From contig JBAPNE010000274.1 in NCBI GenBank assembly GCA_049278975.1, positions 1 through 47,957 of the forward strand: a stretch of DNA of 47,957 bases, read 5' to 3'. The stretch comes from Candidatus Kryptoniota bacterium. Lineage in GTDB: Bacteria > Bacteroidota > Ignavibacteria > Kryptoniales > JAKASW01. Both the position numbers and the translations under genes were made by a program. The notes beneath the pieces are model-generated. The model was not told the DNA's origin, did not search any database, and was given only the letters and a program-made list of their open reading frames with translations. Of this stretch, positions 1 to 10,800 are shown in pieces (position 1 is the stretch's first letter; the number at the start of each line of letters is the position of its first letter).

Positions 1-3000
1 GCCGCTTGCAACGACGAGCCTCGCAGCCGGAGCAATCGACCTTAAGCTCTTCAAGACTTCATCGCCCGAGATCTTCGGGAGTCCTAAGTCAGAAATCACA
101 AGTCCAATATCATCCCGCCGTTTCTTAAATAACTCGATCCCTTCTTCTCCATCAGACGCGGTCAGCACCGTGTAGCCTTTCGCTTCGACAACGGTCCTTA
201 CCAGATCTCGCAGCATCTCCTCGTCTTCGATAAACAAAATAGTTTCTTCTCCGCCGGGCGCATCCTCCAGCGATAGTTCGACACTCTGAACATTTTCAGT
301 CGTTCGTTCCTGTACCGGGATGTAGATATAGAACGTCGTCCCCTTGCCGGGCTGCGTTCTTAAATCTATGTAGCCGCCATGGTTCGCCACGATGCTGTGA
401 ACGAGTGCGAGGCCGAGGCCTGTTCCCTTGCCCACTTCCTTTGTGGTAAAGAATGGGTCGAATATTCTTTTCCTGGTCTGTTCATCCATTCCTGTTCCGG
501 TGTCGGCGACCGAGAGCAAAACATATTTCTCCTCCGACGCTGCCGGAAACTTCGAGGCCAGAACATCTCCTTCTACTTTTTCAGTCGCTATATTGATGGT
601 ACCGCCGTTGGGCATCGCGTCCCGCGCATTGACGCAGAGATTCAGAAGAACCTGATGAAGCTGTGTGGGATCTGCGTAGATATAAGGCAGGCCTGCGCCG
701 GCGTTCTTGACAATTTCGATAGTCTTCGGGAGCGTCTCCCCGAGAAGTTTCTCAACCTCGCTGACGATGTCGTTGAGCTGCACGCGCTGGTACGCCGACT
801 CGCCCTTTCGGGCAAACGTGAGGAGCTGTTTTACGAGAGCGGTTCCACGCGCCGTGGCTTTTTGAATCGCGCCGGCATTTTTCAATATTTTCTCCGGCTC
901 GAGATTCCTTCTTTCGATCATCGCCGAATAACCCATGATGATGCCGAGAATATTGTTGAAATCGTGGGCGATTCCACCGGCGAGAGTCCCGAGACTTTCC
1001 AATTTCTGCGCCTGGATAAGCTGGGCTTCGAGACTCTTTTGCTTCGTTACGTCGCGCAGGACGGAGAGGACGGAAACATTCTGCTTAGATTCGTCAAGCA
1101 TCAGAGCGGCGGTTAAATTGACTATTATCCGTTCGCCGTCTTTCTTCCTTAGTACGAGTTCCTTGTCCTTAATGTATCTTTCCCGCCAAAGAATGTTGAA
1201 AAGCATTTCCCTATCGGTAGAATCGATATACAGATCGGCAATATTGTTGCGGAGAAAATCGTCTTTCGAGTCGTACGCGAATAGTTCTACTGCGGCCGGG
1301 TTGACGTCCACTAAAGAACCGTCCGGATTTGAGATGAGTATGGCTTCCTTCGTCTGCTCGAAGAGCGACCGGTATTTTCCTTCAGATTGCTTCAACTCGT
1401 CGTAGGCATTTCTCAGGCTCTTTTCGGCCGTCTTTCGCTCGGTGATGTCCATGAAGGAAGACATCATACAGATCGGCTCATTGTTTTCCGACATGACAAT
1501 ATTGGCGGTGACCTGGTAAACGAAAGGTGTGCCGTCCTTTCTTCTCGCGTTACCCTCCCCGAGAAAACCTTTTCCCGACTTCATTAACGAGACTGCATTC
1601 TGAATCTTTTCCGTCGGGATAGAGAAATCGAAGATGTCCCTTCCTATCACTTCGTTAAAATCATCGTACCCCCAGAGCTTCACGAACGCCGAATTGACAT
1701 AGAAAACTTTTCCTTGCATGTCGGCGAGTCCAATTGCACTCTCGGACGATTGGATTGCCGAGTTCCTCATGAGGAGCTGGTCCCTGTTCTGTTTTTGTTC
1801 GGTAACATCCCGCGTCACGGCGAAGATCATTTTCTCTTCGACAAGCGGAACGCAGTTCCAGGATAGCCATTTGTACGATCCATCTTTGCATTGCCAACGG
1901 TTCTCAATGCCATGGCCGGGTCTGCCATCGACGAGAGCGGTCATAGCCTTTATCGAATACTCTCGATCATCGGGGTGAATAAAGTCCATGAGTGATTTCG
2001 CCGTCAGCTCCTCGCCCGTCCACCCAAGTGTCCTGGACCACGCGGGGTTTATCTGCTTCAAAAACATATCGAACCCCACGATGGAGAGCATATCCAGCGA
2101 GTAATTGAACATGCGGTCGCGGTCTTTTTCGAGCGTCCGGTGTTCGTTTTCGCGTTGGATATTGGTAATCGAAAAAGATATGTCCGATGACAGCTCCTCC
2201 AGGAGCGCGACTTCCTGCTCATCGAAGAATCCAGCTTCGGAAGCATAATAACAGATGGCCCCATAAATCCGATCGGCGCACGTCAACGGAAAAACGACAA
2301 AAGACCTGATCTCTCGCTTAGCCGCCTCAGCGTACCATGGCAATGGCGGCCTGTCTTGTGCCACATCGTTTCTTACGATAGGACGTTTCTCCCGAAGAGC
2401 GGTCCCGATCGAGTTTTCCCCCCGTGGTTCCTCGGTCGACGCAGAGATTTTCATGAGTTCGAGGAGACCATCTCCGTCCCCGGAGTACGCTGCGGGTTCG
2501 ATGCTGCCGGTCTTCTCATCGATCACTCCAACCCATGCGAGCTTGAATTTCCCAACTTCAATCGCAATTCGGCAGGCTTCTTCAAAAAGGGTGTGGGTAT
2601 CCTTGACGCGAACAATGGTTTGGTTGATATCGGATAAGACCGCATACACGCGGTTCAATCGCTTGATCTTCTCCTGAGAATTCTTTTGCTCGGTTATATC
2701 CTGGGTTATGGAAACCGTGTACAGATAATTCCCTTTGTCATCACAGACTCCCGTTGAAACAAGCTGAACCCAGACGGTGCTTCCGTCTTTTCTGACATAC
2801 CTCTTTTCCAACGAGCTCGTTTTCACTTTTCCTTCGGTCAACATCCGTAAAAGCTCTTCGCTTGATTCACGATCATCGGGATGAGTAATATCATACACCG
2901 ACAGGCTTTGCAATTCGCTCTCCGAATATCCAGTGATCTTCTCGAGTGCGGGATTGCATCGGATGAACCTGCCCTCGGGAGTAAGATTTGAGATTCCTAC

Positions 3001-3846
3001 AGGAGCCGTCTCGTAGAGTTTACGGAAACGTTCTTCGCTTTCCTGCACCTCCAGGCGTGCCTTGATCCGGCTCGTGATGTCGCGGTGTATGACCGTATAA
3101 ACTTTCTGGCCCCCGACCACTATCCGCGATATCGATGCCTCCATCGGAAACTCTTCACCGTTCGCCCTCAGTCCGGTCACAATTTTTGTCCCTGTCATTT
3201 CCCTCGAGGCATTTTCCTCGCTGGATTTCCCGAACCCATCGACGAGACTAAAATGCTTTGCTCGATATCTTTCAGGAAGCAAACTTTCGATAGGCTTCCC
3301 CATCATCTCTTGAGCGCTGACGCCAAACATCTGCTCCGACGCGGGATTGAACAGTATGATATTCTGGTTCTCGTCCAGGCTGATTATTCCATCCATCGCA
3401 GAATTTATAAGCCCGAGCAAACGCATCCTGCTCAACTCGAGCGATTGCTGCTCTTTTCTAATGTCCTTCTCTGCTTTTGAGTGCTTGGTGTTGTCGCGAA
3501 TGGCGCTGATCGTTATGCGCATTCCGTCAAAGGCTATCTCTTGGGACTCTACCTCGACATCTATAATGTCACCGCTCTTAAGCCGATGCCTGCATTCTGC
3601 GGAGCGAATCTCGTTCGATTTCGCTCCGTCAAGCTTGTCCATCAACCGGTCCATATCCTCTTCGAGATAAATGTCCCGGATTGACATAGATAGGAACTCA
3701 TCGCGCGAATAGCCATACTTCGCCACTGCAGCTTTATTCACATCAAGAAATGCAAGCGAATCCGAATCAAACACCCACATTGGCCGCGGATTGACCTCGA
3801 AGAAGATCCCAAATTTCCCTTGGGACTCTCGGGCTTGTTTCTTCAT
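1..3846 (-). CDS. Hybrid sensor histidine kinase (multi-PAS, GAF, HisKA, HATPase, receiver). Partial: the C-terminus runs off the left edge of the window.
   Basis: Absent from the ORF track because no stop codon lies inside the window. The reverse frame aligned to position 1 was open over 1-660, the only stretch I checked codon by codon. ATG at 3846-3844 gives [24 protein letters not shown]. My translation shows PAS repeats, the GAF-linker motif [17 protein letters not shown] (about 2640-2690) with GAF end [19 protein letters not shown], the H-box [12 protein letters not shown] (about 930-965), N/G boxes ([16 protein letters not shown]), and a receiver ending [33 protein letters not shown] at 1-110. 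Clear paralogue of 7862..11515. Confidence 0.85.
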   Translation of the reverse strand, partial: MKKQARESQGKFGIFFEVNPRPMWVFDSDSLAFLDVNKAAVAKYGYSRDEFLSMSIRDIYLEEDMDRLMDKLDGAKSNEIRSAECRHRLKSGDIIDVEVESQEIAFDGMRITISAIRDNTKHSKAEKDIRKEQQSLELSRMRLLGLINSAMDGIISLDENQNIILFNPASEQMFGVSAQEMMGKPIESLLPERYRAKHFSLVDGFGKSSEENASREMTGTKIVTGLRANGEEFPMEASISRIVVGGQKVYTVIHRDITSRIKARLEVQESEERFRKLYETAPVGISNLTPEGRFIRCNPALEKITGYSESELQSLSVYDITHPDDRESSEELLRMLTEGKVKTSSLEKRYVRKDGSTVWVQLVSTGVCDDKGNYLYTVSITQDITEQKNSQEKIKRLNRVYAVLSDINQTIVRVKDTHTLFEEACRIAIEVGKFKLAWVGVIDEKTGSIEPAAYSGDGDGLLELMKISASTEEPRGENSIGTALREKRPIVRNDVAQDRPPLPWYAEAAKREIRSFVVFPLTCADRIYGAICYYASEAGFFDEQEVALLEELSSDISFSITNIQRENEHRTLEKDRDRMFNYSLDMLSIVGFDMFLKQINPAWSRTLGWTGEELTAKSLMDFIHPDDREYSIKAMTALVDGRPGHGIENRWQCKDGSYKWLSWNCVPLVEEKMIFAVTRDVTEQKQNRDQLLMRNSAIQSSESAIGLADMQGKVFYVNSAFVKLWGYDDFNEVIGRDIFDFSIPTEKIQNAVSLMKSGKGFLGEGNARRKDGTPFVYQVTANIVMSENNEPICMMSSFMDITERKTAEKSLRNAYDELKQSEGKYRSLFEQTKEAILISNPDGSLVDVNPAAVELFAYDSKDDFLRNNIADLYIDSTDREMLFNILWRERYIKDKELVLRKKDGERIIVNLTAALMLDESKQNVSVLSVLRDVTKQKSLEAQLIQAQKLESLGTLAGGIAHDFNNILGIIMGYSAMIERRNLEPEKILKNAGAIQKATARGTALVKQLLTFARKGESAYQRVQLNDIVSEVEKLLGETLPKTIEIVKNAGAGLPYIYADPTQLHQVLLNLCVNARDAMPNGGTINIATEKVEGDVLASKFPAASEEKYVLLSVADTGTGMDEQTRKRIFDPFFTTKEVGKGTGLGLALVHSIVANHGGYIDLRTQPGKGTTFYIYIPVQERTTENVQSVELSLEDAPGGEETILFIEDEEMLRDLVRTVVEAKGYTVLTASDGEEGIELFKKRRDDIGLVISDLGLPKISGDEVLKSLRSIAPAARLVVASG

Positions 3847-4040
3847 ACTATGATTATCGACGCAAATCGGACTCCACTTGAGATTAAGATTTGACGTTCA
3901 GGTTCGGGCAAAGCTTTGTATTCAACTGAATAGAAAGGAAAATCAGCTGAACGCAGTAAACGGCAGGCGAAAATCCAACTCGCCTGCGCGGTTGGAAGTG
4001 TGTCACTTTGAAGTGACTGCACTGTTCGGACGCGATTCCC

Positions 4041-4072
4041 AAGAAATAGGCGGAAGCGTTGCGGCTTCCGCC
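4041..4072 (-). terminator. Rho-independent terminator candidate downstream of the prolyl oligopeptidase gene
   Basis: Perfect 9-bp stem ggcggaagc (4049-4057) / gcttccgcc (4064-4072) with a 6-nt loop. On the minus strand it is followed by tatttctt. It sits 20 nt after the stop codon at 4093. Confidence 0.6.
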
Positions 4073-4092
4073 TGCTGCTTATATTTTACTTT

Positions 4093-6240
4093 TTATTTGG
4101 ACGGCTGAAAATCCGGATGCCCTGTCTGCCACAGGACAAATGAATATTGGTCGGCAAAATTCCGGAACGTAACTTCTTTCTCTTCCGTGAAGTGTCCGCT
4201 GTCATAATTTACCATCATGATGACAGGCTTGCCGGAAGTGGTCGCGTTTTGGAGCGCCGCTGCAAACTTCCCCGGCTGCCAGGCAACAACGCGAGGGTCG
4301 TTCCAGCCTCCGACGCAAATTACTGCCGGGTACTTCACGCCTTTTTCCACATGCTGATAGCCATCCATCTCGTATAACGCAAGGCACTCTACCGAATCCT
4401 TTACCGTTCCGAATTCCGGAATGTTCGGGGGACCGTTGGGCGTGAACTCCATACGCATTGCGTTCGCACACCCGACATTGCAAATCGCGGCTCCGAACAA
4501 ATCCGGCCGCTCGGTGATGGCACGGCTGATGAGGATACCGCCCGCGCTTGTGCCGGCGCCAGAAAGTTTCGATGGAGAAGTGTACCCGTTCTTTTCAAGG
4601 TATTCGGCGCATGAGATGAAATCTTTCCACGTATTCGGCTTCGTCGTCTTGTAACCTGCCTTGTACCATGATTCCCCCTTCTCGCTGCCGCCGCGGACGT
4701 GGGCATAAGCAAGCACAACTCCCTTCAATGCTATCGAGCGGAGGATGCTGAAGTATGGGGTGTAGCTAATCCCGTAGGCTCCGTATCCTTCCAGGATGCA
4801 GCAATTGTTACTGTCCCGCTGCAATCCTTTCTTATAAATGATCGAGAGCGGTATCATGGTACCGTCATGACCGGGGACTTCAACTTCTTCAGACGTCAGG
4901 TTCTCGAAACCCGGATACTTAATGTCGGAATTGAATCTACTTTTCGCGAACACCTGTTTGTCCGCGTCGTAGCTGTACCAGATTGTCGGTGATGTCCACG
5001 AAGAGATTGTAACGAGAATCTGGTTCGTGCGTCTGTCGGGGCAGCTCACATCCACAGTGCCCGACATCGGAAGAGAAAGTTCGGCTGTCTTGCCGTCGTC
5101 GAAATGATAAGCAACCACGCGGCCTGTTATTCCGTTGGAGTAAACGCTGAAAAGGTAATCTTTGCATTTGACAATGTATTGCAGGACATCTTTCTGCTCG
5201 GGTAAAATGGTTTCCGCTTTGCTCCAGTCGGGATGTTCAATACTCGTCGCGATGAGTTTGTAATTAGCGGCGCCCTTGAGAGTGATTGCATAGACTTTAT
5301 CGCCGTGGAATTCCATGCCTCGCACGAGGCTGTCGGAAATCGTGCAAAGGACCTTCCAGTCGACTTTCGGGTTCGCCATTTCTTTCGTGGGAGCATAATA
5401 CACTCTCATTTCGGGCTGCACTGTATAGAGATATGCGAAAACATATTCGGGGTAAGTTTCATCGATGGCGGCGATAGGCCACTCGTTGGGAGCAATGTTG
5501 AGATCCGGATAACTTCCGTTGCTGAAGAAATCGGTGTCGCTTGCTGAATCGGTTCCAAGCTTGTGCAATTTTGTTTTGATGTTCAACTCGAAATCGGGAC
5601 TCTTGTTGTCGGCGGTCTTTTGCCACAAATAGAAGAAGGACGAGTTGTCAAGTGTCCAGCTAGTTGGACCCCGGCTCGGATAAATACTGTCGGGGAGCAT
5701 TGTTCCGTCGCTGACATTCAAAACCCTCAGCTCGGAAACTTCCGCGCCCGAAGAAGAAAGGGCCAGCGCAACACGATTCCCGTCGTAGCTCGGTGTAATG
5801 CTCTCGATAGTCGTGGTTACTCCCTTCCTGTACGTCGTAGGATCAAACAGCAGTTTTTCCGCACCGTCCCACCCGTCGCGGTAATAAAGCTTGCCTACAT
5901 TCTCTCCTCCTCTTGTCTTCTTGTAGAACAACCGGCTCCCTTCGACCATGATGTCGGAATAGCTTGCAGGTTTCAAAGAGTCGAGCGACATCCATTCTTT
6001 AATGAGAGAATCTTTGGCTGCAATCTTGTTCAAGAGACTGTCGCTCAGCCTAGCCTGGGCTTTGAACCAGTCTCCAACTTCCTTGCTCTCAATGTTTTCG
6101 AGCCACTGGTATGGATCTTTGTATGTTTTTCCCCAATAGGTATCGGAACTATCGACTGTCCGGGTGGGAGGATACTCCCACTGGGCATAAGAATAGGTGC
6201 TTAACAAAAGCAGCATTCCGATATAGACGAATTGTTTCAT
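4093..6240 (-). CDS. Secreted prolyl oligopeptidase family serine peptidase (S9A-like)
   Basis: 715-aa ORF. Signal peptide MKQFVYIGMLLLLSTYSYAQ. Long N-terminal propeller-like region. C-terminal alpha/beta hydrolase with nucleophile elbow GTSAGGIL, WNDPRV Asp motif and a DSGH His near the C-terminus. Confidence 0.85.
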   Translation of the reverse strand: MKQFVYIGMLLLLSTYSYAQWEYPPTRTVDSSDTYWGKTYKDPYQWLENIESKEVGDWFKAQARLSDSLLNKIAAKDSLIKEWMSLDSLKPASYSDIMVEGSRLFYKKTRGGENVGKLYYRDGWDGAEKLLFDPTTYRKGVTTTIESITPSYDGNRVALALSSSGAEVSELRVLNVSDGTMLPDSIYPSRGPTSWTLDNSSFFYLWQKTADNKSPDFELNIKTKLHKLGTDSASDTDFFSNGSYPDLNIAPNEWPIAAIDETYPEYVFAYLYTVQPEMRVYYAPTKEMANPKVDWKVLCTISDSLVRGMEFHGDKVYAITLKGAANYKLIATSIEHPDWSKAETILPEQKDVLQYIVKCKDYLFSVYSNGITGRVVAYHFDDGKTAELSLPMSGTVDVSCPDRRTNQILVTISSWTSPTIWYSYDADKQVFAKSRFNSDIKYPGFENLTSEEVEVPGHDGTMIPLSIIYKKGLQRDSNNCCILEGYGAYGISYTPYFSILRSIALKGVVLAYAHVRGGSEKGESWYKAGYKTTKPNTWKDFISCAEYLEKNGYTSPSKLSGAGTSAGGILISRAITERPDLFGAAICNVGCANAMRMEFTPNGPPNIPEFGTVKDSVECLALYEMDGYQHVEKGVKYPAVICVGGWNDPRVVAWQPGKFAAALQNATTSGKPVIMMVNYDSGHFTEEKEVTFRNFADQYSFVLWQTGHPDFQPSK

Positions 6241-6514
6241 GATAACCTCCTCCTTTTGTGATTGAAAATCGACTGCAATGACAACGAGTAAATACTAAAC
6301 CCCCACCATGATGCACATATCCTGGTTGATCCTTCATGGATGGCGAGTTGACTCGTTGCACCGGTGCTAAAATTGTGTTCTTCCGTTTTTCCTCTCCGAA
6401 CCATGTCCCATGAAATTTAGCCGTTCCTCGGATAAAGTACAAACATTGTCAGTGCAGAGTTGCATTTTGAACTTTCTTTGGATATTATTTTGTAACCATT
6501 AAAGGAAGAAACCC

Positions 6515-6961
6515 ATGGCAAAAAGAAGAGCCGATTGGTTCGAATATTTCATGGCGATAGCAAAGCAAGTTTCCACGCGGAGCACTTGCGACCGGAAACA
6601 TGTCGGGGCTGTCATCGTGCGGGATAAAGTCATTCTTTCTACCGGCTACAACGGGAGTCTCCGCGGCGCACCGCATTGCGACGACGTGGGGCACGATATG
6701 GAGAACGGCCACTGCGTCCGCACAATGCATGCGGAAGCAAATGCCGTGGCACAGGCGGCAAAGAATGGCGTGAATATCAACAACTCGGAAATCTATGTTA
6801 CCGCATCGCCTTGTCTGAATTGTTTCAAGCTGATCGCTAACAGCGGCATTAGTGTTATTTACTATAAAGAATTCTATCGTGACGAACGGATCAACAGCTA
6901 CGCGCAAGAAGCTGGAGTGAAATTGGTGTACATGGGAGGCGAGACGCAAACAACAGCGTAA
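6515..6961 (+). CDS. Deoxycytidylate (dCMP) deaminase, ComEB-type zinc-dependent cytidine/deoxycytidylate deaminase
   Basis: 148 aa. Zinc motifs HAEANA and PCLNCFKLI. N-terminal WFEYFMAIAKQVSTRSTC is typical of dCMP deaminases. An aaaggaag RBS-like sequence lies upstream. Confidence 0.85.
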   Translation: MAKRRADWFEYFMAIAKQVSTRSTCDRKHVGAVIVRDKVILSTGYNGSLRGAPHCDDVGHDMENGHCVRTMHAEANAVAQAAKNGVNINNSEIYVTASPCLNCFKLIANSGISVIYYKEFYRDERINSYAQEAGVKLVYMGGETQTTA

Positions 6962-6990
6962 AGAACTGAGTACGTGTGAGGTAAGTCTCC

Positions 6991-7147
6991 GTCATTGCGG
7001 GGTAAACTCCGCGACGAAGCAATCCGCACGATCGTGGTCACACATTGGGATTGCTTAGGGGTGACAGGCAGCTGAGAGGAACAATCCGTTGGTTTAGGTA
7101 CAACCATGGGGATTGCTTCACCCTGCTAAGGCAGGGTTCGCAAAGAC
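6991..7147. repeat. Nest of inverted miniature repeats with conserved termini gtcWttgcg ... gaagcaatc
   Basis: Copy 1 is 6991-7024 (gtcattgcggggtaaactccgcgacgaagcaatc). Copy 2 is inverted at 7111-7147 (reverse complement gtctttgcgaaccctgccttagcagggtgaagcaatc). A truncated inverted copy lies at 7049-7065 (reverse complement gtcacccctaagcaatc). Copy 2 carries a perfect internal 7-bp hairpin, accctgc/gcagggt. Confidence 0.6.
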
Positions 7148-7166
7148 AGGCCCGAGAGAGATGCTC

Positions 7167-7703
7167 TCAGGTACTCTTCTTATCAATCTCCGTTTCCGAC
7201 GCTCCTGTTCCACGATGGGTGAGCGCGTCGCCGGTGAGGCGAAATATTTTCCAATCGGTTAGACATGCGGCTCCCATTTTCTCATAAAATTCCATGGCCG
7301 GTTTGTTCCAGTCGAGCACAGCCCATTCCAATCTGCCACACTTGCGCTCGACTGTGAGCCGCGAGAGGTATGTGAATAGCACCTTGCCGATCCCTTTGTT
7401 GCGAAATTCAGGAAGCACAAAAAGATCTTCGAGATAGATTCCTGGCCTACCGAGAAATGTCGAGAAGTTATGAAAGAAGAGAGCAAAGCCCGCGGGCTCA
7501 CTGCCATATTTCGCGATGATAACTTCGGCATATCGTTTCGAACCGAATAGCGTCTCGCGCAAGGTTTCCTCCGTCGCGACAACTTGATGCGACAACCGTT
7601 CGTATGCCGCGAGCCCTTTAATGAAGGAGAAAACAAGCGGGATATCCGCCGCTGTCGCAGGAATAATGCGTATGTTTGTATCGGTTATATTCATATTCGC
7701 CAA
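7167..7703 (-). CDS. GNAT family N-acetyltransferase (diamine/spermidine acetyltransferase-like)
   Basis: 178 aa. Acetyl-CoA binding motif A, RNKGIGKVLF, in a typical GNAT layout (LEDLFVLPEFRNKGIGK). The C-terminal tail ends just before the repeat nest. Confidence 0.8.
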   Translation of the reverse strand: MANMNITDTNIRIIPATAADIPLVFSFIKGLAAYERLSHQVVATEETLRETLFGSKRYAEVIIAKYGSEPAGFALFFHNFSTFLGRPGIYLEDLFVLPEFRNKGIGKVLFTYLSRLTVERKCGRLEWAVLDWNKPAMEFYEKMGAACLTDWKIFRLTGDALTHRGTGASETEIDKKST

Positions 7704-7861
7704 CCTATACTTTCTTTACGTGTGAAATGTTGTCATCGAGAAATATCGGTATTAGGTATTCTGCCTTCGCACTGAACCATGGGAAATATAAGTTTGGAGT
7801 TAACTCTTGTTCGTTATTATTGCGAACTTGCCCTTTCGGGAACGTCGGAGTCGGACGCGTT

Positions 7862-10800
7862 TTATTTTTTCTCGTCGATGACTTCCCTTATGGTCTGCAG
7901 GATTTCCGCAAGCAGATATGGCTTCTGAACAAAATGAGTCACTCCTATCTCAAGAAGTTTCGATTTGACGTCTGGCTCGATGAATCCACTTGCGGCGATC
8001 AACCTTGCGGACGGATTGATTGACCTGATCCTCCTGAGAACTTCATCGCCGCTAAGTTTCGGCAGACCTAAATCGGAGATGACTACGGCAATCTCACTCT
8101 GCCGCCGTGTGAAGAGATCAACACCATCTTCTCCATCAGCAGCGGTGAGGACGCTGTAGCCTTTAGATTCGATAACTGCTGTGATCAATTCCCTCAGCAT
8201 CTCTTCATCTTCAATCAATAAAATAGTTTCCGTACCCCCGGAAGCATCCTGCATAGATAACTCAGGAGCGGGATTCTCTTCGGTTATCTGGTCACTTATA
8301 GGAAGATAGATACTGAATGTCGTGCCTTTGCCGGGTTGTGTCTCGACGTCTATATAGCCGCCATGGTCCGTGACGATGCTGTGAGTAAGCGCAAGACCGA
8401 GTCCCGTGCCTTTGCCGACCTCTTTCGTCGTAAAGAACGGATCATAAATTCTCCGCTTTGTTTCTTCGTCCATTCCAATGCCGGTGTCGGACACATTAAG
8501 TAAAATGTATTCTTTCAACGAAGCGCTCGGGAACTTTGAAACTACTGCTTCGCCTTCTGAAATCGAGGTCACGATTTTAACAGTGCCGCCTCTGGGCATT
8601 GCATCCTTTGCGTTGAGGCAAAGGTTCAGAAGGATTTGGTGAATCTGCGTCGCATCAGCATCGAGGTAAGGAAGATCCTGCTTGAGATCAGTAACCACAT
8701 CGATTGTCTTCGGCATTGTCTCCTTGAGGAGTTTCGTGACTTCGTTGACGACATCGTTGATTTGCACATGTTCATACACCGGCTCTCCTTTTCGGGCGAA
8801 AGTAAGGAGCTGTCTTACAAGCGAGGCACCTCTCACCGCGGCTTTCTCTATTGCTTTTACGCTCTGGCTCAATTTGCCAGATCCATCACCCGCTTCACCA
8901 AGAAGCCCCACATGCCCGAGCACTATGCCGAGAATATTATTGAAATCGTGGGCAATCCCGGAAGCAAAGGTCCCGACACTTTCCATCCTTTGCGCCTGCA
9001 TCAGTTGTTGCTGGAGAGTTTTTTGTTTCGTGATATCGCGTACAATGCCGAGGACCGAAAATGCCTGTTTGAATTCATCGAGTGCAAACGAGGCAGTAGA
9101 ACTAACCATTATCTGCTCACCGTTCTTCTTCTTGAATGTGAATTCCCGGTCCTTCACAAACCTATCCCGTTGAAGAACATCAAAAAGCGATTTTACATCT
9201 TCAGGGCTGACAAAAAAATCAGCCATGTTTATTCCCAGCAGCTCGTCCTTCGAATCAAAACCAAGCAGCTCAACCCCCGCCAGGTTGATGTCTATTAAGG
9301 AGCCGTCAGTTCTTGACATAAAAATGGCATCCTTTGATTGTTCAAAGAGTGAGCGATATTTTTCCTCAGAACTTTTCAACTCTTCGTACATGCTCGTAAG
9401 TTTTTTTTCGGCGCTCTTTCTTTCGGTGATGTCTATGAATGAAGCCATAAGGCAAAGCGAGTCTCCGCGTTCCGACTTCACAACGTTCGTCGAAATCTCG
9501 AAATCGAAAGTTGTCCCGTCTTTCCTGATCCCCTTGCTCTCCGCACGGTAACCATTCCCTCTCATCATGGATGTGACGGCATCCCGAAGTTTCTCCGATG
9601 ACATCGAGAATGTCGAAATATTCTTTCCGATGAGTTCACCCGCATTATCATATCCCCAGAGCCGTGCGAACGCTTCGTTAACGTAAAACACTCTGCCGTT
9701 CATGTCGGCGAGACCTATCGCGCTTATCGAAGATTCGATGGCGGAATTTTTTATCAAGAGCTGTTCTTCTGCACGCTTGCGGTCCGTAATGTCTTCTACA
9801 ACGCCGTCGTAGTATAACGTTCTTCCATCGGCGCTCCGTATTGCGCGGGCGCTTTCCCTTAAATATAATGTCGTACCATCCCGCCGCGTCCAGGCAGATT
9901 CAAGTCCTTTTACTTCGCCCTTCTCCTCGATGATCTTAAGAAACTCTGCTCGTGAATATGAGGGCTCAAATCCTGTTGTCTCAAGATTCCTGGCGGATAG
10001 CTCATCGAGCGACGAATATCCGAGCATCTTTACAAGCGCGGGATTAGCTAATATTATTTTCCCATCGGGCGTAGTTCTGTAGATGCCTACTGTACTGTTT
10101 TCGTAAAGGGTTCGAAACTTTTCTTCGCTCTCCCGCAATTCCTGACGAGACTTAAGCTGTTCGGTGACATCGCGATGAATAACAGTATAGACTTTTTTCC
10201 CACCAACCTCGATTTGAGATATCGAAGCCTCCATTGGAAACTCTTCTCCATTCGCTCGCAAGCCGGATACGACTCTCATCCCGGCCATTTCACCCATGGC
10301 GTTTGTTTTGCCTGCCCTTCCGAATTCTGTTATGAGTCCATGATGTTTCTCACGAAATCTCTCCGGTATCAATGTGTCGAGAGGTTTGCCTATCATTTCC
10401 TCCGCACTGACTCCGAACATCGTCTCAGCAGCAGAATTGAAGAGTATGATTTTCTGGTTTTCATCGAGGCTGATTATTCCATCCATGGCTGTATTTATGA
10501 GCCCTAAAAGACGCATCCGGCTCATTTGCAGTTCTTCTGCTTCGCGCTTTCGCCCCGTGATGACTTCAGTGAATAGGATAATGCCGCCGATATGTCCCGC
10601 TTCTTCATACCATGGATGTATTTCCCACTTGACCCAGTCGGTGCTCCCATCCTCTCGCGGGAACGGATCCTCATCGCACTTCTCGATATTGCCCGCCAAA
10701 CATCGCCGATGAATTTCTTTCCAACGATCGGGAATATCCGGAAAGATTTCGTAATGGGAACGACCGACGACGTTTTGTTCGCCAAGGCGATAATCGGCAA

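Noticed and set aside
379-1116. A long plus-strand ORF (245 aa), with a similar one at 8636..9298 (220 aa). The two have mutually similar translations.
   Set aside because: Both lie antisense to the conserved HisKA-HATPase cores of the two paralogous kinases, so their similarity simply mirrors sense-strand conservation. The same reasoning applies to other shadow ORFs in the track: 5563..6204, 10592..11083, 12080..12532, 18529..19068, 26237..26698, 32958..33434, 35128..35640, 39125..39598, 40102..40494, 44751..45182 and 45551..45898.
9401-9408. Homopolymer tracts of 8 nt inside coding regions (T8 here in the kinase; A8 in polB near 24380 and 22845, and in the GWxTD gene near 28125) as possible phase-variation switches.
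   Set aside because: All of them encode Lys-Lys(-Lys) in an AT-rich genome. The length is modest, they have no promoter-proximal or 5'-end bias, and there is no sign of frameshifted copies.
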